A DNA stretch of 64,000 nucleotides from Eledone cirrhosa (lineage: Eukaryota): assembly GCA_964016885.1 (NCBI GenBank), contig OZ024743.1, forward strand, positions 259,160,001 to 259,224,000. Direction: 5' to 3'. Each line of letters starts with the position of its first letter. The first letter of the stretch is position 1. Below, piece after piece: positions 26,636 to 43,247 of this stretch. The position numbers and the translations under genes are program-made. The notes beneath the pieces were generated by a model. The model did not search any database and was not told where the DNA came from. It saw nothing but the letters and a program-made list of their open reading frames with translations.

Positions 26636-26640
<5 letters not shown>
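26120..26640 (+). mobile_element. Family C second, diverged copy with 5' inverted segment
   Basis: 26220-26638 aligns with 23088-23503; 26120-26188 is the reverse complement of the family's downstream sequence; (TA)n on both sides. Confidence 0.85.
26506..26589 (+). ncRNA. Type I hammerhead ribozyme (family C, copy 2)
   Basis: acttc-CTGATGA-cgaaagg[...]cctttca-GAAA-ctaattagt-T-ggagt; stem II covaries with copy 1. Confidence 0.78.
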
Positions 26641-26732
<92 letters not shown>

Positions 26733-27899
26733 TGTGTTTTGGAGCTCATTGTTATATTTTGATATAAAAGTCCAATGCCGTGCTCAAATATAAAACTTAT
26801 TGTTACCACAACCGCAACCAAAACCACAACCATAGCCCATTCGATCATCGTTATTAACCACCAATAAATCCCGAGGAGGGCAAATTTGCTTTTCATCTCT
26901 TCGAAGTGATAAAATAAGGTAGCAGTTAATTACTGAAGTCGATATATAAGTATACTACACAGCTATGCACACATCATATACATATGCACGTGCACATACA
27001 CAGACGTGCGTGCGCACACATTATAGATAGATGATAATACAAATGAATGACAAAAAAAAAAATGAATCTAGACTCCTGATTGTTCGAACAATTGGTTTTG
27101 AGTGAGAAAACTTTTGCTGCGTCTGAAGAAGTCTTGCTGCCATTGGATGTTGATTGAGGCTCATCTCCGTTGGCTGGTTCAGCTGACTTAGATTGCCACT
27201 AACTGCTGATTGTTCATAGATAAATTGCTGGTTCTTCACTGCTACGAAATAGGAGCATCTATTTGATGATCAGAAGTGGTCTCATAGTTAAGAATTCTGG
27301 TATCATAAAGATTATCAGTGACATAAATATCATTAAAGTCTATGGAAGTACCAATTAAATATATCTATTAGTATTATAGTAAATGACTTAAAATTACAGC
27401 TGTTGGTGAGTGACAGCGTGGTGAAAATTCCCTTTTCATATTAAAGGTTGCAGTGGCTTGTCTAAGGTTAAAGTTTATGTAATACCGCTGATTATTAATA
27501 ACTTCAAATTAGCCTCTATTGTGACAGTCTCGCAAATTACATAAAAATATATACGGAAGAAAATAATCTTGCAACTTTTGAAATCTAGAAAATCGAAAGG
27601 GCGATGGTCAATTATGACTCCTAAGGAAATACCTTTCCAAACCCACACGCACGGACATATTAGGAATATATTTAGGAAGAAATTGACATGGGCTTCAAGG
27701 AGATTTATTTAAATATAACTATCACAGCCAAACTAACCAGAGTCAAATTTACGACCTTCAATTCAGCATAACGGGGAGATCATATACATTCCTAGAATCC
27801 TAGAATACCACTTATTAGACGATATCAAAAGAGCGATCTCTAATATATTACCAGGCGGTATATTCGACAATGAGGTGCTATCGAGGAAGCGTTCTAATG

Positions 27900-28330
27900 A
27901 AAAGTTAAGAGAAGCTGCAAGAAGAAAATAAGAGCTCAACCTAAATGTCTCCCTTGATATAGCTAGGAACTACCTATTGCTAATCAGGCAAAATTTCATA
28001 TAAGAACATATAAATAGTTTAAGCTTTGTAATGCGCATCATGTTAAGGTAAGTTTTTCTTGTCTAGAAAATATCACTTCCAGGATCACATACTGCAATAG
28101 AAAAATAGTATGCCTACACAAATCTCTATCACAAACAACCAAACCCAACAACTAGTCCACAGAAAGGATTCTGTCTCTCCGGGGCAGTAGTCTATCGAGC
28201 GACCACCATTTTCTTTGATGACATTTCAAGGTGTGCTACACAGGACACTGGGCATACAACCAAAGATTTCAAAGTAAAGTTTAAGCAATAAATAAATTAC
28301 TTTGTGCATAACTTATGCCCTTCTCGCTAA
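27900..28330 (+). mobile_element. Highly decayed Penelope-like element, RT-EN linker and GIY-YIG N-terminus
   Basis: Manual translation: LNVSLDIARNYLLLIRQNF..CNAHHVKVSFSCLENI..FCLSGAVVYRAT..GHTTKDFKVKF, resembling the PLE motifs NRxTVKxSYSCxxN / CLxxxVVYxA / YIGxTxxxFKxR. Confidence 0.6.
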
Positions 28331-28797
28331 TGCTTCTCTGTATTTCCTGGAGTCCATAACTGCTGTTTTTGGCACTAAAAGAAACTTCACATACAAAAGC
28401 TGTCAGCTATAGTTCGTAAAGAGAAAACTGAACTGACTTCCTACTGCTAGGGCAGTCGTATCGAGATATCAGGACAACAAGAGGCTGTCGATTGATTCCA
28501 AAACAATCCAAGACTTTACTGATAATCTCATAAATTTTACTGACACTCTTATTACCAGAATTCTCAACTAAATCAAGGGATAATGTTCCTACTTAGCAGC
28601 AGTCGGTAGCCTCAAGTGCAAAGTTATCTAGTAACGGTCAACCAGAAACTGTCGGCAGTCCCCCAAACCACTACCTGACATAACCTAGCTAATGAATATG
28701 AGCCTCACTCAAACCAACTCACTCAAAACCAGGTAGCTGAAGGAATAAATTTTAAATAATGTGATTCTTAGTCGAACTGATTATACCAATATATATA

Positions 28798-28956
28798 CAG
28801 GTAAAATTCAGTTATAACGAATTTTTCAGTATAACGAAATCTTTTTCAATCCCTGGCCTTACGCTCGATGTGTTAGATCGATCCCATTGTAAAGAATTTT
28901 TTGATACAACGAATTTTTTTTATACCCGAGAATTTCGTTATAACGGAATTCCACTG
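28798..28956. mobile_element. Tigger/pogo-like MITE
   Basis: Imperfect TIRs caggtaaaattcagttataacgaa / ttcgttataacggaattccactg with TA flanks. Confidence 0.75.
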
Positions 28957-29524
28957 TATAGATATATACATATATATATATATAAAGCTAGCGCGCGAGA
29001 GAGAGAGAGAGAGAGAAAAAGAAAGGGGGAGAGAGAGAGGTATATATATAATAGGAATATACATATGAATATATACATGGATATATATATATGAATATAT
29101 ATAAACATATAACACACACACACACACACACACTTATGTATATATGTATATATATATACATATATATGCTAAAGTGAACGATAATAAAAACACTTCCTGC
29201 TGTTTAAAGAAAACAATGTGTAACATTTGGTTTTTTCAGTTCTCCAACGTAAACATTATATTTTATTATTGAATATATATGAATATCGATCAATATTTTG
29301 TTTCAATCGAAGAACGTAGTGCCTACGTAAATGTCTTTTAATTTATGGTTACAACTTTCTACATTTCGATTTAAAATCCAGCCTGTTTTGAAATACATCA
29401 AAATTGATCGCTCATTGGTAAAAGAAAGAAAAAATATATATAATTATCTGGCATGTAAGGGGGTTAAACTCATTCGATTATACTTACCCCTAAAAATGTG
29501 TATCCTTGTGCCAATGTGAGAAAT

Positions 29525-29597
<73 letters not shown>

Positions 29598-29599
29598 TA

Positions 29600-29724
<125 letters not shown>

Positions 29725-30459
29725 TATATATATATGTTTTATTTGAGTATTTTCTTTTGGCTGGGCATTTCGGTTATGCATTACACATTTTCAACATTTT
29801 CATATTTCATAACAAATATGAATAAAAAATATTTGAAAATGAGTTAAGCATACTGGAATTAAGAACTGAACATTTTGAACCGTTTTACAGATATTGAGTA
29901 ATATACAATAAGAAATTTATAATATCAAAAATTTAGAAAAGCATGAAAAACAACTAACACTGTAGTCTGATTATGAATATTACACATGCATACATGCACA
30001 CACACAAATCGTTAAACACACACGCAAACTGTTAAACACACACACTCACATACATACACACAAAAACACATACAGAGACACACATATAAACCGATAAAGA
30101 AAATCAACAAAATGTTAGATGTATTTAAAAAACAAAAACGAACAGGAAAAAGAAAACCTATAATAAAGTGTTGATGAAAACAGTTTGAACATAAATGGCT
30201 GTTGTTCCGTGAAAATTATTTAGTGAATAAGAATATTGCGAATTTCTGTGGAAACAACTCAAACATGAAGTGAAAGTTATTTGATTTGCTCAACTTTATT
30301 ATTTATTAGGAAGTAAACATGATTTTCAAATCATTAATATGACTTTCTTAATATAAATATTTGTATATACTATTATAGACACCGCACACAGAAGACAATC
30401 AAATACTAAAACATACACACACGCATACTCTCTCTCCCACAAGCACAAGTACATGTATG

Positions 30460-30584
<125 letters not shown>

Positions 30585-30613
30585 TGGCAACATGACCCTC
30601 CCAAAGTATAACA

Positions 30614-30705
<92 letters not shown>

Positions 30706-30709
30706 TATA

Positions 30710-33217
<2,508 letters not shown>

Positions 33218-33400
33218 GTACGTACATAAATACATTTACACACACATGTACTAATATATATATAAAATATGCCTATCCTCACCTCTCTTTCACATTGTCT
33301 GTTTGACTTTTTCTCCCTCTTTTTCCCTTTCTGCACATATTCATATACACACACAGACATACCTGCATACATACATACTTCTATAAATATATACATAAAT

Positions 33401-33459
<59 letters not shown>

Positions 33460-33794
33460 AACACACATATTCACATGTATATATGCATGTATATATACAT
33501 ACATAGATACATATGTATATATGTATATATGTGCATATATATATATATATATATATATACAAACATATACACACACACACACACACAAATACACACACAC
33601 ACACACACACACAAATATATATATATATATATATATATATGAAAATCATTAAATTGTGAAACCGGTAAAGTTATTCTACATAAATTTCCTTAAAGACTCA
33701 AATTGCATTTTCAACTTCCCTTTCGTATGGTATATTTTCTGCAAGGAATATAAAAAACTTACATTCTTTTATATATATATATATATATATATCT

Positions 33795-33831
<37 letters not shown>

Positions 33832-33865
33832 CGCACACACACATATATATATATACATATATATG

Positions 33866-33937
<72 letters not shown>

Positions 33938-33965
33938 AACATACATATATATATATATATATATG

Positions 33966-34080
<115 letters not shown>

Positions 34081-34168
34081 GTAAAATGCAAACTAAAAAT
34101 AACAACACAATCGTTACAGTATTTGGAAGGTATATATTAGGTTAACGCTTGATATAGCAGGAAGAGGG

Positions 34169-34204
34169 TCTTAACGTTTCGGACGCTAGTCCTTCATCAG
34201 AAGA
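34169..34204 (-). ncRNA. Minimal hammerhead ribozyme (family E) within element at about 34082-34305
   Basis: tctt-CTGATGA-a-ggac(tagc)gtcc-GAAA-cgt-T-aaga; identical motif at 59095-59130 (+). Confidence 0.78.
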
Positions 34205-35301
34205 AAGAATGAGAAATAAAATAGATTGAGGGGACGGGCGGGATAGAATTGGAAAAAAATGTCTTTAGATAAAAATCAGAGATCCATTCATGTTGACATC
34301 TGTTGCAAATCTCATATACAAACACACCTATACACATATATATGAACTAAAGCAATATTTATACTTTTTACTAGTAATGTTTTATAATTATATTTTGTTT
34401 GCTTGTATAACAGAATCTATTAGCACTACATATATACAACCAGGCGAGAAAGGTGCGCACGAACAGCGTCTTTTCTGAATACCCAAGTTCCTTGTAATAC
34501 TAGAACGGAGTTTTTTCTAAAACAATTTAATTTAATAAATCATCCTATTTCATTTTGAATTTCATCAGAGTTCAGAAAGAAACGAAATAAAAAATAAGAA
34601 AAATGAGGAAAAGAAAAACATAACTAAATAAATATGACTGGTATGAAAAAAATTCATGAAAAAGGTTTTAAAATGAAAATGTATTAAATGAAGCAAAAAA
34701 GAAACGAAAATATAATGAAATAAATCTGTAAAGAAAGAGAACCGAAGAAAAATGAAGGATTTAAGGAAAACTAAGAATAGCAAGGCACTATAATACAATA
34801 AAAAGGCCATGATTTAATAAACAAACATACCCAATACACATTCTTTTCTTCTCCATTGCCTCGTTCTCGCTCATAACATATGCACACAATCCTATGGTCA
34901 ATATTTTAACAGACAAATCTCAATATGAAAGGAGACAATATCTGAAATCTCACTTATTGGTTGATAATAATCAACTCTGCACTTCATTTTGGTTAAGCAC
35001 TGGTCTTTGTTGTATAATATATATTATTATTATTATTACTATTTTGTAATATCTGCTTTCTTTCATCTAAACATAGCTTTGTTGGTATTTAATTTATAAC
35101 TATTGCTTGCCAAGAAAAAAAACCCCCGGTCCACAAACTGTCAGTGTCTTTTATTGATGTTGGTGTTGGTTTCGCATATTATACAGCTGAAACTTGCATA
35201 GAAAAGAAAAATTTCTGAAGATCTCTTTGAAAATAGTATTGTCACCATCTTCATTGTCATCGCCATTATTAATAATTTTAGCTATATAGATGATAACCAG
35301 T

Positions 35302-35587
<286 letters not shown>

Positions 35588-35846
35588 GTATGTATATATA
35601 TATATATATATATATGCGTGTGGCTGAGTGGTTAGTGAATTGGATTCACAATCTTGAGGTTGTGAGTTCGATTCCTGGACCGGGCGATGCGTTATTTCCT
35701 TGAGCAAGACACTTTATTTCACGTTGCTCCTTCTACCTGGAGTTGCGACCGATAGATAGTATTAGCAATAGGAAAGACCGACGGAAATATTGTTTCCTCG
35801 GTCCGATTTGACGAAAGTCGATCGATCCTTTTATATATATATATAT

Positions 35847-35914
<68 letters not shown>

Positions 35915-35918
35915 CTGC

Positions 35919-35979
<61 letters not shown>

Positions 35980-36162
35980 TGTATCTATGTGTGTAAGTAA
36001 GTATGCATCTATTATATCTATGCTCAGACACAAACACACACACACACATATATATATACATGTAGTTTTTAAAAATGTTCATACACATAACAAGTATGGT
36101 TTAGGGGTTCAGTTAGAGCACTGTATAGTGGTTCTAAAGCTGGCCTCCCTTGTCAGGTGCAA

Positions 36163-36201
<39 letters not shown>

Positions 36202-36285
36202 ACACCCATACCTATACATATACATATAATTAGCGATTGTGTGTATGTACGTTTGTGTAGGGTGAGCTAGCAATAATGTAATCGC

Positions 36286-36287
<2 letters not shown>

Positions 36288-36323
<36 letters not shown>

Positions 36324-36388
36324 TGTATAAAATATAGTACCAGTAATACACTGGGTAATTTGCTGGCCTTGTGCCAAAAGTAGAAACA

Positions 36389-36445
<57 letters not shown>

Positions 36446-36464
36446 GTTGTTGTTGTTGTTGTTG

Positions 36465-36495
<31 letters not shown>

Positions 36496-36545
36496 GCTGT
36501 TGTTGTTGTTGTCATTATTGTTGTTGTTATTGTTATTGTTGTTAT
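36288..36545. repeat. (TAT)n/(GTT)n microsatellites around a SINE 3' end
   Basis: Directly visible. Confidence 0.9.
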
Positions 36546-36737
36546 TGAATGTTCTGATTTCATTCTAGTCTTTATTGTAGATTAATTTTGAAACCCTCAA
36601 TGTCTACTTGTTTTATTTCTATTTTAACTTATTTTTGAATAGAAGTAGAGTTCAGAATGCACTCATATATATTAAACCATACGCACGAGCATATACACAC
36701 ATACATACGCATACATATATAGAATCAAATAATCAAA

Positions 36738-36832
<95 letters not shown>

Positions 36833-37224
36833 AATCAGGTCTTCTTCTAAAATTGTCATTTAATCTTTGAAAATGTTTTCGAAAATTTCCGTCAGCGAGG
36901 AAGACAATGCCAGCTTTTCAGCTAAATATCTTTTCAATCGTTTATTTAACAAATCCCTTCATTGATTTATTGTATACATTCTCATGGATTTTGTTTCTCG
37001 GCTTCCGAGGTTTTCTTCTCACTTTTAGTTTATCGTATATCTTTTGTTTTGTTCCGACTTTTCTTTTTTTTTCTGTATATTTACGTGTTTGTGAGCAATA
37101 CACAAATAACATCACCCACCTAAATGCTGATGCACCTATATATATACAGACATATATATTTGTGGGTGTGTGTCTGTATGCATATGTATGTATAAATTCG
37201 ATTCCTCAGTAATGTTGAGTTTAG

Positions 37225-38565
37225 TCATGTGTGAGAGACTTCTTTCATTTCAATATTTTGCAAGTCGGGTTTTTCAAGCTTTTCTTCGCTGGAGTCATCT
37301 AAGTTCGATGACGTCAACATTGATCTAAGGCTTGGGCTATCTATAGACACATGAGATATACAATGTGAATGTTCACTCGGTTTAGAAACGTCACTGGCGA
37401 TATCAGAGTTATTTTCACTAATATTTGAATTATCATGAATACCACTCTGGCTGCTGTGAGGTTGAGGAGAATTCGAACAACCAGAGCATACTGTGTTCAC
37501 CGAAGGACGACGACTATCTGGTGCATCGACTTGATGTACTGAAGCCATGTGAACGATAACAACAGGTAGGCTATCATTGGAATCTCCTTCACTCATCGGT
37601 CTGTTCGGATGAACGCAAAGATATTGCGTATTAGGTGTAACGTTCTCAGCAGTTTCATCGACCCGCAATTCATCATCTTGTTCATAAGCGGGATTTATAA
37701 TGCCAGTTGACACACTACATACACTACTCGATACTACCGAGGCCCTCCGCATAGCATCACTACTTCGTGTCAATCTGAAGTCATCAAAGGCAACATTATT
37801 TGATTTTCGTCTCGTATAAGAAACATGTGATAGAAAAGCTGACGATAGCGCATTATGAAACGGTTTGATGTTTGGCATTGAATATGCTTTATTGGCTATT
37901 TCTGAACTTTTAATAGGATGCGTTACCATCGAACTACGACGAGATGAGGCTGGGAAAGTTATTTTATAGGCTGTTTCTTTCACTCCACTACTTTCTCTTA
38001 AATTTGTGCACACATTTGAATCGGAACTGCTTGTCAGTTCATTTGAGTTAATGCTTTTTACTGCCATTTGTTGGAAAGGCAGTTGTATTCCACGAAAATA
38101 ATTTTTTCTAAAGCTCTCTACCACCAACTCATAAATGGCTTCTTTTTTTAAACTACGAATCCGGATTTCGTCTTCAACCCTTAAATATTTGTCCCTAAAT
38201 TCACAATACATTACACAGGAAACTATTACCATAAAAGCTCCCATAGCCATAATTGGAGGTCCGACATACGCTAACACTTTTAAGTGGATATTTCGAGGTG
38301 GTTCCGGTGGTTTCACTGGTAATCGAATACTTTGAGATAAAATAGATGATTCCGGGTAATATCCTAAGATGCTCATTGCTATTCCACCGACTGATATCAA
38401 CGAGCCAATAAGTGTACCGATCAATGTTGGCAAAAGGCAAGGGATGTTTATAAAATCTGCAATTTTAAAAGGCCGGCGTACTTTTCGTTTCGGTCTTCGG
38501 CGTCTAGAACTGAATACAGGATGGTCAGTATCATTATAATGAAGCCGTACGCGAGGGACGAACAT
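37225..38565 (-). CDS. TMEM200: TMEM200-family (DUF2371-like) two-pass membrane protein, 446 aa, single coding exon
   Basis: Long non-repetitive ORF. Basic N-terminal stretch (RRRRPKRKVRR), TM1 ending GIAMSILGYYP and TM2 LAYVGPPIMAMGAFMVIVSCVMYCEFRDK resemble the TMEM200 motifs GIAMAVLGYWP and GPLIMGIGIF..C...HENRDK. A long Ser-rich tail follows. Confidence 0.85.
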   Translation of the reverse strand: MFVPRVRLHYNDTDHPVFSSRRRRPKRKVRRPFKIADFINIPCLLPTLIGTLIGSLISVGGIAMSILGYYPESSILSQSIRLPVKPPEPPRNIHLKVLAYVGPPIMAMGAFMVIVSCVMYCEFRDKYLRVEDEIRIRSLKKEAIYELVVESFRKNYFRGIQLPFQQMAVKSINSNELTSSSDSNVCTNLRESSGVKETAYKITFPASSRRSSMVTHPIKSSEIANKAYSMPNIKPFHNALSSAFLSHVSYTRRKSNNVAFDDFRLTRSSDAMRRASVVSSSVCSVSTGIINPAYEQDDELRVDETAENVTPNTQYLCVHPNRPMSEGDSNDSLPVVIVHMASVHQVDAPDSRRPSVNTVCSGCSNSPQPHSSQSGIHDNSNISENNSDIASDVSKPSEHSHCISHVSIDSPSLRSMLTSSNLDDSSEEKLEKPDLQNIEMKEVSHT

Positions 38566-39438
38566 TTTATTTCAGATTAGAGCCAGACTGTATTAGTTAT
38601 TTATGATTTTGTTCGTTACAGATACTCCCAAGCAGAATAATTCTCACTTATTGGGCTGCTTGTTTTCATTTTGATATACATTAAATGATTTTCACTTGAA
38701 AATGTTGCAGTTTTGTGAATTTACACAATTAACCTGATAATCTGATAATTTTATGAACAGCTTGAATTTAGCACCAACATTTAAGTGGATGAAAATGTGG
38801 CATGCGATGCCAATTGCTTTTTTCCTTCTTTTTTCATTTAACGAGGATTACTTTAAGAATTCATAGAAATCAGGAAGAATAGTTGCAAGTAGACAAGATA
38901 TAGTAATCGTAATAGCAGAAATAATATACATTTCTGATAATTATAATTCTGCAAAGAATCTGTCTTCATTATTTCATTTTTAAGAAGCATCGTTTTAATA
39001 ATATTTTTTGGTTGAAAAATTAAGTAATTTACAAATGCAAAATAATATATATAGCAACTTAAGATCCCTTTCTAAATGAAAGAATGAAAGCGGACATAAT
39101 TTAAGCAAGTGTGCATTTATGCAATTATTTCTGTGCAAATGTTCGTGGACAATTTGTAGATGCTTGATAGAATTGCGAACACATTGGTAATTAAATCAGT
39201 CGAATGTTGTAGATAGATGTAGGAGTTAGTTAATTACCCAATAGCATCTAGTAGTTCACCGACCGAGTCAATTACTGACAAATTATACGTTGATTGAGAG
39301 CATTTAACTTAGCTACAATGACTTCACAAGATATAAGTGACTATCACATTATACAGATCCATGGATAACAATTATTGATGGTGGCAGTTTAACGTTCGTA
39401 ATGACGAATATGTGATTTATAATTTTCCCGTCGACATT

Positions 39439-39466
39439 CTGAAAGTAAATGAAAACATAAAATGAG
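39439..39466 (-). promoter_or_regulatory. Putative splice acceptor for the exon carrying the TMEM200-like 5'UTR and CDS
   Basis: Minus strand reads ctcattttatgttttcatttactttcAG|aatgtcg (polypyrimidine tract + CAG), at the edge of about 870 nt of repeat-free sequence upstream of the ATG. Confidence 0.55.
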
Positions 39467-41974
39467 ATAGTATTAGTCATTTATGCTGCAGAACATTTAA
39501 TACATACAAAACAAGGTTTAAGACAGAATAGAATGTTTTAAATGTGCATTGTGCTCTTGGGCAAGACGTTGACTTTCATGATAGGACTGGGGCTCCTACT
39601 AATAAAACACCTGAGACACCTCCTATAGGGTGCAATAACGTAGGAGATCAGCCAAGCATTCAAGTAGATGTACGTGTGTGATATTGCCTTCATACTAATT
39701 CCCTCTTATAAAACAATATCTGGCTGATTTTAATGTTAGAGTAAAATTTCATGTAATCCAGTCCCCGAAACCGGTTCAAAATTTGTTTCCTTCAGGACAA
39801 CAGAAGTACCGACATTCAGACCTGCGATGGTATCTAATCTGAGAACAATTGAAATTCTGCTCTTAATCTAGAATTGCTCAATGTACAAAGTTGAGATATC
39901 AATTTAAAAAGTAACAATTATAAGTGATCTTAAAAGAATATAGAAAGTTTTACTACGGAATATTTCAGTTTATATATAAATTTGATGTAGAGGAATAATG
40001 TCAGTGACCAGCTCGTAGATGAACAGCAACATTCTTTGACACTTTAATATACAGTATAATTACAAAGCGATACTTTAATATATAGTATATTTACAAAATG
40101 ATACTGAAAGTATTATGAATGACATATAAACATTGGGGTTATTAATTCAGATAAATTGATATGGATACGAATGTTATATGGTTTGAATATAGAATAAAAC
40201 TATTCTCTGCCCAGCTGTCATGTGGGCAATTCTATATTGTCTCAGCCTTCTTTTCTATTTCGTTCCATGCTCCCGTTGTTAAGCGTGTATATATTTTAAA
40301 TTGTTGCACAAATAAAAGCATTGGGTTATCTGTTTAGACATGTTCACGACCCGAAAGAAAATCTGAAATCCTATAATTCACTTGAACTACGAAATAAAAC
40401 GTGTTTTCGTTAAAATATTAAATTTGTTGATGAATAACTTATTTGATTTGTCGATAATTTATTTATTCTAAATTCGCACCGTACATCATTCTCATCTTTA
40501 AATAAAATAAAATATATTTCAAATACAATATATTTTAATGTTTCAGTTACTTAAATCTATTTTTACATTAAAATAAAGGTATATAAATCAAATTATACAA
40601 CTTTAAAGATTTACAATAACAATTTCTTTTTAAAATGGCGTATGAAAACTTTTTGAAATATTAAAATGTAAAGAAAAATGTAAAGAAAACTGTTAAACGA
40701 ATTTATGAATTTCTTTTGCATCATATTCTTTATAATTCAGTATGCTGTCAGCATTAATAAATACTCATTCATAAACAACATTGCACCTCCTTGAACTAAG
40801 GCACACCGACGTCATTCCGATGCAAACAAGACATCCTGAGCCAAATCCGCATCAACAGTGCCGTCAAAAACAACTCATCTAATGAGGGAGCCTCTACGTA
40901 ATAGTTCAATTTGCTAGTTAAATCACCTTTACATTAATCCTTGCTGTCTTTAAAACTGAAAGATACGTTTTACAATTCAATTTTAGATATACAGTAGGCG
41001 GCAAGGTAGTAATGAATGAGGAATCTTCAAAGATAGGTTTGTTTGACAATGGTACTCAATAAAAGCAATAAGAACAGCATTTAATAGTGACATGAAATTA
41101 TAGTCAACGGAAAGGTACGTTCGTTGGTGGTGTCCAGGTCAAAAATATTTTACCTCAATTTTTGCAGTTATACTAAACCTTCAAAGTTTCGATAAATGAT
41201 CGGCAGCACAAGATCTGCTGATCTTTCCCAGTGTCTCATCATGTATTTGAAAGCTAAACTTGCATTCGATGCTGGCCTTTTAAAAATTGAAATAAGGTCC
41301 ACATTGGCAATGACTCTTCTCCAAAAAACGCCAAAGTTTTTTTCCTCCCCAAGCATACGGTATCTGACTGTTTAATAAACATAAACTCGTCAAAACACGA
41401 CACTCTCTGAACCCCAGACATGCTGTTCCTCCCATCTCCCTATTCTATTGCTCCTACAACGCCATATGCTTATCTAATTTAAATAATTGGACTTCACCTT
41501 TTCCAAACACTCTACTCCTCGTATCACCTCAAATGTGTATCACCCCTAACAGCTATTTACTTCAGATCCTTCATCTTCAGAATGTCAACCACTTTTGCAA
41601 GGGTCTTCTACTATAGCTTCGAGTTGACCAATGATTTGTGATTGTAATCAAGTGGGCGGAACCTGCAGAATCCCGTCGTATATATATATGAGTTATTAGC
41701 TTATTTGCTATAAACTGATGTTTTGTCTCTCGTCTCTTACTCCACTGGACAGCATTTGGCTCATGTCAGACGCTGTGACCCTAGGTGAACCAGCATTACC
41801 GCTGGTAGTGGTCACAACTGCCAAAGTCTATCTCAACGGCCGCTGACTACGGAGTTCTGTGTCCTTCATTTCTATTTTTAATTTTTCTAAATAATCTTTT
41901 AAGGTTTCCTCTTAAAAAATGCCTTTTGTTTTGATTCCGTTCGTTATCTTGTCCCCTCTTTGTTAATTTCCTAA

Positions 41975-42009
<35 letters not shown>

Positions 42010-42160
42010 GTCATCCAATTTCATTTTACATTATATACATGTCTGTATATGTTTTAATTATTTAAAAATTAAGTTAAAATGATTTTTTAAAAGTATTTTT
42101 ATATAAATACAGACACATACGTAAACACAATCACACACACACGTACACACGCATATATAC

Positions 42161-42223
<63 letters not shown>

Positions 42224-42284
42224 CAAATTCAGGACCCCGACGGCTGAGCTCCGGTCGTTTCAACAGCTAAATTCGAACTCAGTT

Positions 42285-42334
<50 letters not shown>

Positions 42335-42339
42335 ATAGG

Positions 42340-42479
42340 CGTGTGTACGTGTGTGTGTACGTGTTTACGTCTGTGTCTGTATTTATATCAAAATATTTTT
42401 TAAAATCATGTTCACTTAATTTCTAAATAATCAAAACCAAAACATACACAGATATGTATATAATGTAAAATGAAATTGG

Positions 42480-42576
<97 letters not shown>

Positions 42577-42643
42577 GTGTGTGTGTGTGTATATATATAT
42601 GTGTGTATATATATGTGTGTGTATATATATGTGTGTATATATA

Positions 42644-42695
<52 letters not shown>

Positions 42696-43247
42696 TGGGT
42701 GTCTGTGACCTATATACCCTGGTTACAGACACACACATACACACACACACATAGACACATACACTCACATATATATATATATATATATATACACACACTT
42801 AGAAACCCTTCCTATTTAGCTGGAAATATTCGCTACATCTTAACACAAGTTATATGATACATATGACTTAACATTCAGTCACCAAATTTGAGCTAGATAC
42901 AGTAGTGCTGTTTTCGATTCTTTCAAGTCACCTGTTATAATGTCATTCAACACCACCACCAGCTCTCTCTCCTTCTCTCTCTCTATGTATCTCTTCAATC
43001 TACTCTCTCACAACAACTATATTTTTCTCTGTATCTTTCCCTCTCTCTGTTTATGAATGTATCCGGAAAGACCCCCGTCTCGGTAACCCGTATTCTGGTT
43101 TACACGAAACTTGTGTTATTCCATTTGTATTACCATTTCAGGGGCAACTTCCTTTCAAAGTATTTTGCCATTATGCGCTGTTTTGGCTGTATTAAATTAT
43201 TAAATTATAGGCAAGCACACAATCACAGAGTTTTAGTAGTATATAGA
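42340..43247 (-). mobile_element. Non-autonomous Helitron-like element, 5' end at 43247
   Basis: Minus strand starts a|TCtatatactactaaaactc. Internal blocks are shared with 59320-59480 and 60890-61170. 42013-42150 is an inverted partial copy of 42340-42480. Confidence 0.6.
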
